From the NCBI RefSeq assembly GCF_037042905.1, contig NC_087251.1, positions 41,914,001 through 41,978,000 on the forward strand: a stretch of DNA of 64,000 nucleotides, in the 5' to 3' direction. The DNA comes from Lytechinus pictus (lineage: Eukaryota). The position numbers were made by a program, and so were the translations under genes. The notes below the pieces were generated by a model, which had not been told where the DNA came from, ran no database searches, and saw nothing but the letters and a program-made list of their open reading frames with translations. Positions 43,401-55,400 of the stretch are shown here, piece after piece. Numbering within the stretch: position 1 is the first letter of the stretch; every line of letters starts with the position of its first letter.

Positions 43401-46400
43401 TATAAAATGCATAAATTTCAAATTTTCAATTGTTTGTGACGACTAATTTTTGTTTTCTTTTTAGGAAGGTGTGTGAAATGATTTGTCTATTGATATACTG
43501 AATGTCACAACAAAACTATTTTCAATTTTCGAAGTAAATTACATTTCATTGATTTGTTATACCATTCGATATTTAGGAAAGCTGCTCGCATATGACGTCA
43601 CAAATCAAATAACTGAAATTCTATTTAATTTTGTATTCTTGGGTGGATTTTTCTCAAACCTTTTACAATATTTTTATTTTTTTTTCTATCATTTTTACAA
43701 CAAACTTTCTTTGTGAATTTTCCCTTTAATAGGGCATTATATTCTTGGACATTTCTTTTTTTTATAGTCATCCTTCCCCTTTCTTTCCTTTTCTTCATCT
43801 TTCCATCGCTACTTGAAAAATCAAATAGGGGTGGTCACCTAACTGCCCCCTCGCAGTACTATTCCCGACTACTAAGGACACCTAAATTTTGATTGGGTGA
43901 TAAGCAAGTTCTATTTTCTTACCTATATTCAACTTGATGTTCCTTGATATGCATACCTACAAAGATATGGATAAATACAAATAATTACTATTTCATAATA
44001 AAAACGAAAAGAGGTTTTAAATCTTTACTACACATTAAGCAAAAATAAAGATCTGTTTTTACCCAAAAAAATCAGCAACAAAAATTACTCACCACTTACA
44101 AAAATATGTAAGACAAATAAATATGGATATATCGAGAGTCAATATTTTGCTAAAGTTAATTAGAATATAAAATATATGTAGGGAAATAGAAAAGGTATTC
44201 CAGAGATTCAAATCTAGTTCTGTCCCTGCCAAAGATAAATGGTTATTTATTATTTTTTTCATTGTATTGATAATTAGACAGTAATATGAATGAGTATGGC
44301 CTTTATTTAGAAATAATACAACATACTGAACTGGAAATGACACAAACCACTATTTTGTTCAGAATCTTATCTATCCGATCATACTTACTCCCTGCTCCCC
44401 GTACGATTGATACTATTTAGGATATGATTACATGTACCCGTCAATATTTCCCTATTTTGTGACAGTTGATGACCATATAGAGTTACCCAAATAAAGGGAA
44501 AATTATCAGAAATGTCACTTGAAATCAATTTTTTTCATGAGAGAATCCATCTTGGAATCTGACATCTAACCTGAGTTGAAAATAGACGGGAGCAACGAGC
44601 GATTCCGCCCTCGTGTGCTTTGGAATCGCTCTCGCAACTGCCTAAAACTGCTATAGTACTGAGCGACTCCCAACATGAAGATCGCTCCCGTCAGCGCCCG
44701 TCCAGTCTCCCACTTATGACTGCATAGTAGTCAGACAGCCAGGCCAGCGAAACAGCAGTTTTTACTTTCATGGATCGTCGAGTTCTGACGTGTAACTGAG
44801 TGGATTTTTTAGAATCACGGGCACGGCGCTTCAGAAAAATGCGTATTGATTTTCAAACTCTCGATATCCTGGGTAGTGGGTACTATTTTTCAAAACGCTG
44901 CGCGGCACCAGCAGGTCATGCTGTACCTTTGATAGAAAATTTTTCCCTTTTTATTGGATTAATTTTGAAGATACCATCCTAAATTTGCAAGAAAATAAGA
45001 TCGTAAACTCTGAAGAAAATCAATTTTTTTTTTCTGAGTACTTTTCTGCGACTACACTTTTGAAATCTGAACTAATTCACTTGGTGCTCTGGATATTTGG
45101 CACAGATCCTGGAATTTTAAGACCGAAATTAGGATTTTCAGTGGGGATTTTTGGTGAGTAAGTCAGTTGGTAGCGATTCGGCATGCAAGTTGAATTTTCC
45201 GACTCATCATCACCTGTGTAATTCCCCTAATTTACCTCCATCCACGTCACTCTGTTGTTCACTAGAGCTAGAAACTTCATCATCATTCTCTTCATCTTCA
45301 AAATCATCAATTTGAAAATCCAAATCTAGATAAACTTCTGGGTTTTCTTTCATTTCGTGATCGAAGTATTCAGTGACAGTGTGGAGAAACGTACCCTCGC
45401 AACAGGTTTTGCATGCAAGTGGAGCTCGACATGGGAGAGCCAATCACGTCTCTCGTACACTCATGCATGTCATCAAAAATCCCCAATTTCGCGGACATAA
45501 TTCTGCGTGTTTGAAGCATTCAGAGAGAGAACTGTATACTATCAAATAACTGAGTTTCATCGGTCTCCATGATAAATGATTTACACCATCGTGTTCTTAT
45601 TTTCTCCTTTAATTTGATATATAATTCTCCATTTTTAGGATTTGCAATATATTTCTACTTTAAAAATAAGCTAGTGTGTATATATATATAAATGTGTGAA
45701 ATTATACGTGTACAACAGCTTTGGCAACTCTTTTATTTAAATATTGTGTGAAAGAAATGGATGAAGAGAAATATGATAGGCGTAGCTTAAATCAAGGTTC
45801 CCCAGAGCTATCTACCCTTTGGAAAATTTGGTGATGCCGAAAAAATGTCTCTGCCGGGAATCGAACCCGGGCCCCCAGCTTTGAACGCCGGTGCCTTAAC
45901 CCGTCTCTGTGGTCTAGTGGTTAAGGCACTGTTCAAAGCTGGGGGCCCGGGTTTGATTCCCGGCAGAGACATTTTTTCGGCATCACCAAATTTTCCAAAG
46001 GGTAGATAGCTCTGGGGAACCTTGATTTAAGCTACGCATACCATATTTCTCTTCATCTATTTCTTTCACACAATATATATATATATAAAACGAGAGGCGA
46101 GAGCTTTACAACATAGTGTATACTTTGCTTCATCCTTGATTCTACTCTACTCTTCACACATATATATATTAAGAAATACATATAAATAGGCCTATGACAT
46201 GCAGAATAAAATGAGATTAGATAAATCATGAAAACTTTTTTATTTGATTTGATTTGATTTGATTTATTGTTTTCTTCTGCATCCATAACATTCGTATAAT
46301 ACATTTTTCATAACATAATAAACATAATATGCTAGCATTTTTGGCATGAATCATAAATAAAGAGTATTAAAAAGATAATTTCAGACAAAAATGATTAACT

Positions 46401-49400
46401 ATATGATATTCACAGTATATTGATGCAGTATAGGACCTATTATTCTTCATGGTCTCCCTCTAACCTCTCTGTAATTTTATTTTGTCTGAAAATTAAGCAG
46501 CTGGTGGATATTTAATTCATATAAATGATATATATTCCTTTTTTTAATAAAACAAATATTATTCAAAAATTTGCATCTTCAATTAATTTCATCGCAGATT
46601 ACTACTCTCACAGGTCACCTTCCTCATTTCATTTCTTTTTTTTTTACTTATTTTTCTCAATACTTTTATCTATTCTCACATTTTTTGTTCTATTTAATTC
46701 ATTATTTTGTCTTTGCAGTATTATAAAATCTTGGGACCAGGCCACTAATAAAACTTCAGAATGTCCGGCCATGATCCTGAATTACATGCAATAATATTAT
46801 GTATCTGTGGAGAGAAAAATAAAACACAGCTCGCTTAATATCTGAATAAAATCATGATTGAGATAATTATTTATGAAACGTATCCTATTCTTGAAAATTG
46901 ATTGCATTACTAAAATATACAAATATGCCTCTGGCAGTCTCGCCTGCATTACGCAATTCGATATAGCAGCAGTGCTGCCTCTGAAAACAGCTAATGAATA
47001 ATTATTCATAGAAGAAAACACTAATATAATAATAAAATATGTCCATTCACCCGAAATGAACTTTGACCATGATCATATGACCTACTTGATTACCCTTATG
47101 TCGATGTTTCATGAGCTAGATCCATAATCTTTCTAAGTTATGATGTCAATTCAACACATACTCCCAAAATGCCAGAGGTCATTAACCTTTAAATGACCTT
47201 TGATCTTGGCCATGCTCCTGAAAGGGTATTCAGAGATACATTGCTGCTCTTATGTCCAAGTTTCATGAACTAGATCCATAAACTTTTAAAGTTATGATGA
47301 CAATTCCTCAAATACCCCTAACATGGCTAAAGTTTGTTGACCCCAAGTGACCTTTGACCTTGGTCATGTGAACTGAAACTCGCATATGATATTCAGGGAT
47401 ACATGGTTGCTCTTATGTCGAAGTTTCATGAACTAGATCCATAAACTTTTAAAGTTATGACAATCCCTAAACAAGTGGAATGCCTCTGGCCGTCTCACCT
47501 GCATCACGCGATTCAATATAGCAGCAGTGCTGATTTTGAAAACTACTATAACTCGCACAAGATGTTCAGTGATACTTGGTTACTCTTATTTCCACGTTTT
47601 ATGAACTAGACCCATACACTTATAGAGATATGATGGTAATTCAACAAATACCCCCAACGTGGCCAAAGTTCATTGACCTTACATGACCTTTGACCTTGAT
47701 CATGTGACCTGAAACTCGCACAGGATGTTCAGTGATACTTGATTACTCTTATGTCCAAGTTTCAAGAGAAAGATCCATCAACTTTCCAAGTTATGATGGT
47801 AATTCAACAGATACCCCCATTATGGCCAAAGTTCATTGACCTTTGACCTTGGTCATGTGACCTAAAATGCGCAAAGGATGTTCAGTGATACTTCATTACT
47901 CTTATGTCCAAGTTTTATGAACTAGACCAACACACTTTCAAAGTTATGGCGGTAATTCAACAAATACCCCAATTTGACCAAAGTTCATTGACCCTAAATG
48001 ACCTTTGACCTTGATCATGTGACCTGAAACTTGCACAGGATGTTCAGTAATACTTGATTACTATTATGTCCAAGTTTCATGAATCAGATCCATAAACTTT
48101 TAAAGTTATGATGGTAAATCTACAGATACCCCCAATTCGGCCAAAGTTCATTGACCCTAAATGACCATTGACCTTGGTCATGTGACGTGAAACTCATGCA
48201 GGATGTTCAGTGTTACTTGATTAACCTTATGTATAAGTTTCATGAACTAGGTCCATATATTTTCTAAGTTATGATGACATTTCAAAAACTTAACCTTAGG
48301 TTAAGATTTTGATGTTGATTCCCCCAACATGGTCTAAGTTCATTGACCCTAAATGACCATTGACCATGGTCATGTGACATGAAACTCAGGCAGGATGTTC
48401 AGTAATACTTGATTAACCTTATGGCCAAGTTTCATGAACTAGGTCCATATACTTTCTAAGTTATGCTGTCATTTCAAAAACTTAACCTCAGGTTAAGATT
48501 TGGTGTTGACGCCGCCGCCGCCGTCGCCGTCGGAAAAGCGGCGCCTATAGTCTCACTCTGCTATGCAGGTGAGACAAAAAACCCTAACATGGCCAAAGTT
48601 TGTTGACCCTAAGTGACCTTTGACCTTAATCATGTGACCTGAAACTCAGGCAGGATCTCCAGTGATACATTATTACCCTAATGTCTCAGTTTCATGAACT
48701 AGGTCCATATACTTTCGAAGTTATGACATTTAAAAAACTTAACCTTGGTTAAGATTTCGATATTGATTCCCCCAACATGGTCTAAGTTCATTGACCCTAA
48801 ATGACCTTTGACCTTGGTCATGTGACCTGAAACTCAGGCAGGATGTTCAGTAATACTTGATTACCCTTATGTCCAACTTTCATGAACTAGGTCCATATAC
48901 TTTCCAGGTTATGATGACCTTGGTTAAGATTTCAATGTTGACGACGCCGCCGTTGCCGTCGGAAAAGTGGCGCCTATAGTCTCGCTCTGCTATGCAGGCG
49001 AGACAATAACTAGAATGAAGTAATCAAATCTACTGCAGAGTTTGTTTTATTAATCATCATTTTATTAATTCCTTGGAATGCCGGGACCAGTTTCATCACT
49101 GCGTGGCGGACATACACTGTCCCTGGGCCGAGAGTGCCTGCAGTCCGTGCCAGAGGTCCGTGCATACAAGCGCACTTTGCACAGTCATAGCTGCACAGCT
49201 CAGAATACGCACAGACAGTGCGCAAAAAGGAAACAAAATTGCACTTGTCTTCATTAAATTTGTGGTGATTCTTGCAGCTGTAGAAAGCACATCTATCTCC
49301 ACCACCCATAATTAAGAAGAAAAGTGATGTTAGTTTCTGAAACAAATATGACAAGACGTTTACTTGAAGAAAGCAAAAAGTTGGCTGCGGGCGTTGATCG

Positions 49401-52400
49401 TATTTTAATACACTATGGAAATCGTACACTTTATTGTCGGCTGCTTGCGTTCGCATGATCGCATCCAGACAATAGCGGCACTATTGCTCCCTTTTTGATC
49501 CCATGATCCTTTGCGTGAATCTATTTGCGATAAGGTCTATTTGTATTTCACGGACGAGTCCTGGGCTCCAGCCCGTGAGCTCCCTGGGTTTAGTTTTAGA
49601 CCAAAAGCTTCGATCTCTGTTATGTTGGCTGTTCCGCTGAACTCCGTTGGCTCCACACACCAAATACAGAGACAGAAATTCTAGTTCGATCTGTACAGGG
49701 ACTCAATGGCCATATTGTTATTTATTAAGTTCGGATAAAACAGGGAAGAAAGGTTGCACAACAGCCGAAGTCACTGTTTTTTCCCCTTTTAAGTTTATTT
49801 TTCCCCGTTTTGGTGCATTTCAGATCAATATGGAATAATAATCTTTATTTTGGTACAGTTCCTTTTAAGGCCCGGCCACCACGCCCACGGCCCGGCCAGT
49901 CGTACTTGCACTCAACTTGCAGGCTAGGGCCCTAGGTAGATATCACAGCCGGTTTGACTTTACGACACTCTCGTATCTGTCACCGTGTTAAATTGGTGAG
50001 ATCAATAACATAATTTCTACAAACACTTTTTTTTAAATAACAAGTGGAATGCCTCTGGCCGTCTCACCTGCATCACGCGATTCAATATAGCAGCAGTGCT
50101 GATTTTGAAAACTACTATAACTCGCACAAGATGTTCAGTGATACTTGGTTACTCTTATTTCCACGTTTTATGAACTAGACCAATACACTTATAGAGATAT
50201 GATGGCAATTCAACAAATACCCCCAACGTGGCCAAAGTTCTTTGACCTTACATGACCTTTGACCTTGATCATGTGACCTGAAACTCGCACAGGATGTTCA
50301 GTGATACTTGATTACTATTATGTCCAAGTTTTATGAACTAGACCAACACACTTTCAAAGTTATGGCGGTAATTCAACAAATACCCCAATTTGACCAAAGT
50401 TCATTGACCCTAAATGACCTTTGACCTTGATCATGTGACCTGAAACTTGCACAGGACGTTCAGTAATACTTGATTACTATTATGTCCAAGTTTCATGAAT
50501 CAGATCCATAAACTTTCAAAGTTATGATGGTAATTCAACAGATACCCCCAATTCGGCCAAAGTTCATTGACCCTAAATGACCTTTGACCTTGGTCATGTG
50601 ACGTGAAACTCATGCAGGATGTTCAGTGATACTTGATTAACCTTATGTATAAGTTTCATGAACTAGGTCCATATATTTTCTAAGTTATGATGACATTTCA
50701 AAAACTTAACCTTAGGTTAAGATTTTGATGTTGATTCCCCCAACATGGTCTAAGTTCATTGACCCTAAATGACCTTTGACCTTGGTCATGTGACATGAAA
50801 CTCAGGCAGGATGTTCAGTAATACTTGATTAACCTTATGGCCAAGTTTCATGAACTAGGTCCATATACTTTCTAAGTTATGCTGTCATTTCAAAAACTTA
50901 ACCTCAGGTTAAGATTTGGTGTTGACGCCGCCGCCGCCGTCGGAAAAGCGGCGCCTATAGTCTCACTCTGCTATGCAGGTGAGACAAAAATGACCTACAC
51001 GGTAAAATAATAGTATGATATACAAAATTATAACATTTAAAACTTACATTGTGTACTTTGAGGTCCATAAAAATCCATTTTACAGAGACGATATGGTCAC
51101 TCGTACATCCCCGAAAAAGTTGCCATCTTGAAAATATCGAGTTTCGCGAGATTAGACTTTCGGGTTTTATTTTCTCTCTCATATCATCGCCATTCGATGA
51201 AACATCAAATTTCTTTCTTTGCGAGCATGATTTCGAATTTGAAAAGTTCTTTTGATGCTGGAAATATGAAACGGGTGAGCAAAATTGTGTTTTTTAAAGT
51301 GATTTTTTGTTTGCATAATCCCTGATTATCAATTTTTGTTGGGCCTTTATTTATCTTTTATTTCTCAGGCGACGTTTTCTTGACACCGATATATGAATTA
51401 ATATATCGGTGAAAGCAGGTTTTTTCTTCGGGCGATGGTCATTTTCCGACTTCACAAATGTGTCGCATATCGCCCTCAAAGCCTAAACGCAAGGCGATGT
51501 CGGACTAATGAGTCATAATTTTTCTCGAGTTTGAGCGAGGTGAACTGGCATTAGTAATGACCCTTTTGAAATTTTTGTTTGATATAAATAACAATTCGTA
51601 CATCTAATGAATAACAAATGTTGCATTCAACTTGTGCAGTGAGGTGAATGCATGGATCGAGCTCTGTGTGTCTCTCGCTAGTGCAGTGGTCACCGGTACG
51701 GTAGAGGGGGGGCACATTTTCGTTTTAAGTTTTAACAGCATTTTTACATTACATATTTTAATTGTGCCTCTCAAAGGGGGGGGGGCACACTTTTGTTTTA
51801 AGTTTTAACAGCATTTTTACATTTTTAATGTAAAATGCTGCCTTTACACTTGTACCCTCCCCCCTTTTGAAAGTCACAGCATATGTTTTTAATAGGGATA
51901 TATTTTTTTTTTTTGCTTTTCAAATTTTACCTGGACGAAATGAAATGCATTTTTCGGTGAATTTTAAAAAAATTTTTGCTTGTCAAATTTTCTTTCCAAA
52001 AGGAAAATGTGCCCCCCCCCCCTTAGAAAATCCTGGATACGCCCCTGCACATGACCATGTAAAAATTCTCAATCTTATTCTTAATAGTACAATTATCAGA
52101 CACAGATCCAAGGATGGAGGAACGGCCTGGGCATGCACCCCCCACCCCCAAGATCGACATTAGGGAGAAGCTCAGAAAGAGCTGTTGACCTGCTCTTGAC
52201 CCTTTCAACAATTTCTTTTTTTTTTACTTCTCCCCCCTTCATGCAGGTATATCCTGGACCCGCCTCTACTTTGCAGCCTTTGAACAGAAAAGCTTACACA
52301 GCTTGTAATACACAGTCATACACATGACCTCACTTCATATCTTTTGCTCTCCCCCCCTCCTAATAAGCCTGAATCTCCCCACTTCTCCCCACTTGCAGCA

Positions 52401-55400
52401 ATTCAGCCACTCTCGTGATCACATGACACATGCACACACAGCATATACACATATCATTCAGCATTGCTAGAGTCATAAAGGTACGTGTATAGTGCAACTT
52501 GCAAATGAGTGTTGGGAGTAGTGTGAGCCAAAACATTTTTTTTGCCAAATTTCTTTCTCGACCAAAGATCAAGATATGGCAACAAATATTTACAAGATGG
52601 TAGAAAAATGACATTAACTACTTGATTGTAGAGCTAAACTTCACTGAATATATATATTTACATGTATATACTTCATTTTATATGAACTAATTATATGCTA
52701 ATTTATTCATAAAATCGTATATCCTGTTCTAATTCAGTAATTAAAGCTTGTAGAGTGTTAATTTTTGCTGTACATATTCTTCATGGCATTTCTAACAACT
52801 TTTCTTAAAAAACAACTGAAACCAAAAACGTTTTCTTACACATTTTTTCGCTTTTGAAAATTAAATCACGTATTTCAGCATTTTGGGGGCTGACATGCAC
52901 TACTAAATGTTGCATTATTTTAAAACCACATACCCGAGCATCGTAAATTTGGACTTAAATGTTGTGCAAGACTTGAGGGAAAATATTCTTGGAATGACGT
53001 GGAGCAGTTTTCAAACATGAAATGTTTATCGCAAAAAAATTTGAGGCATCACATTATGCGGCAGAATGGGTTTTAAAAATTTGATCTTTAATTACCCATA
53101 ACTCCTTAAAGTTGAATTAAGAAGGGGGTGAGTTTCCATAAATATAGGTTCTACATACAATATATAGTATATATAAGTTGTTCAAACACATAGCATGTCA
53201 CAATAATCCTCTGCCTTCTCGATATTTTGCTTTGAAAGTCTATGAAATTAGCCACCTGTCAGAGCCCGAGAGACGAGTGTACAGAAAAGTCACTCGGAGT
53301 GTGACGTCACCGGGGGGAATTTAGTATAAGAGGTGCCTGAATGTCATACAGAAATGCTAAGCAGAGAGAGAAAGATATTTTACAATTTTTTTTCAAAGCA
53401 ACTCAAATCAAACAAATAGGACTGATATGTACAAATCTTTACTTTCCCTGTATAAAAAACAGTATGAATAACCACCATGAACTCTTCAATCATGATGTAA
53501 GATAGCAAACAGTGAGTTATTGAATGATATTTTCACTATTTCTCATTTATTTTATCACGATGTTCAATCAAGTGAGTAGCTGGAAAGTAATTCCGGCGGC
53601 TAGCTCAGCGCGCGCTGAACGCATAATACTAGTACACACAACACCCAGGCATTGAGTGTACTGTTATGGTCTGGTATGTCGACTTAGTTCATGGCCGTGC
53701 AGCGATCCCCTGGCGTTTTTTCTTCTTTTCTTTTGTCTTTGACTCCACTTTTATATCCTCTGGATCATTTCCACTCATAGCTCATTCCACAGAACAATCT
53801 TGAACCAAACGTATAGTATTCTTTCTCGGCCTTCTGAGTTGTTTTCTATATTACTTACGCTAGGGGTCACCGTCACACATACAAACGCAATTCGGAAGTG
53901 AGTTGAAGACAGAAAGATATATAGTAATTAGTATACATCTCTATGGTTGAAGACAACAAGAACGGTACGGTAGCTCGACAGCTAGCTGCGCCGGAGCGGG
54001 CGGCCGGTCGGCACAAAGCAATTCCGCAACCAACTGTGTTTTTTTGCAAGAGCCGCGTCACACGCGGATAAATATGTCATGATAACACGTCTGCTACGTT
54101 ATCGACTGGTGAGAAGATCTCGATCAAATTTCATATTATTCACCTTGAAATTATTCCTTTAGGGTCTATGGTATCATTCTGAGGGAATTCACATATTTGG
54201 AATAATAGTACGGCCACAAATATTTTAATCATTTCCTCTTTGCAAGTTCTATGGCTCGCAGATACAACTTCAACTGCAGTTATTCCATATGAAGGAGTAC
54301 GTGCATAGTACACAAAACGGCACTGCCTTGTTTACGACACCGGGACCGAATACCCCCCGGTGACGTCACACTCAAAGAACACCCGTCTCGGTAGGCATTG
54401 CAGGAGCGAACTCAGGGAAAATGGGTAGGGATAAATCGTTCAAATTCACTATTTTGAAAAAAGAAAATGGGGGGTCGAATCACCTATTAGTGTTTGGGGG
54501 GTTGTAAGGTTGCTATTAATGTAAATATCTCAATATTTGGAATCGTCTTCTTAATTCAACTTTAACGAATGGCTGAATTTTCTTAATATTTTTGTTGTTG
54601 CATTTCTAATGCAATGACCTTTCATTTGATGTATCATACGCCAATCTTATAATCTTAAGTTTTGGGTAATATACAACCAAAAAATTACTTTTTTTCTTTC
54701 CAGGGCTCTTTTTGGAGAAACTTATACATTTTCCAGGGCTACTTTTTCATTTTCCAGGGCTCTTTTTCCACTTTCCAGGGCTACAATTTCTGGAGCTATT
54801 TCGCGGCTTTTTTGCGTTTGTGTGGGGGTGTGTGTGTGTGTGTGTGCGCCACATTGAAGGGATGCTGGTCAGCAGTGCAGGGCTGCTCTGCTGCAGGCTC
54901 TGCTTTAACAAGATGTACTGTACATGCGGTGCGTTCAACGCTAGCGGGCGTGTATATTTTGCTTATTACATGACGTCATCCAGCCACTGCCTAGAGCCAA
55001 TTTATGAATGAAAATATAGTAAGCATGCGCAGTGCAAGCCTTCCATAGCCCCACACAGTATTCCACCAAAACAAGTGTGCAATACTCTATCACCTCGTAC
55101 CAAAATCGACCTAGAATTTCACTTTCCTATAATTTATATGAATTATGAAAGGTATTCTCGGAGGATCTATTTTCTCACCGATACCGAACAGGTAAGCGAA
55201 TTTCGATTACTTCTTGATTTTCGGTCAAAATCTTACGAATTAGCGTTGATATAGCATCGTGTTCGTTGGAGTCTGTAGAGTCTATCGCAACGTGTACAAA
55301 GTCAATTGATTTCCGGGTTTCGGAGCGTCGCGTGAATATGCATGAAATTGCCGAGTCTCGATAATTTTCGATCGATACTGGAGCGATCCGATCACGAACC

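Noticed and set aside
45846..45971. Functional tRNA-Sec gene
   Set aside because: The variable loop is short and the acceptor stem is 7 bp, unlike tRNA-Sec; each copy is also individually damaged.
49010..49456. 148-aa ORF and the other 60-125 aa ORFs in the track
   Set aside because: They have no recognisable domains and lie in repeats or antisense to exons, consistent with chance ORFs.
47050..50990. Regularly spaced repeats as CRISPR or a coding repeat
   Set aside because: Whole units of about 160 bp are repeated, with no variable spacers and no long ORF; the termini fit HINE-type elements.
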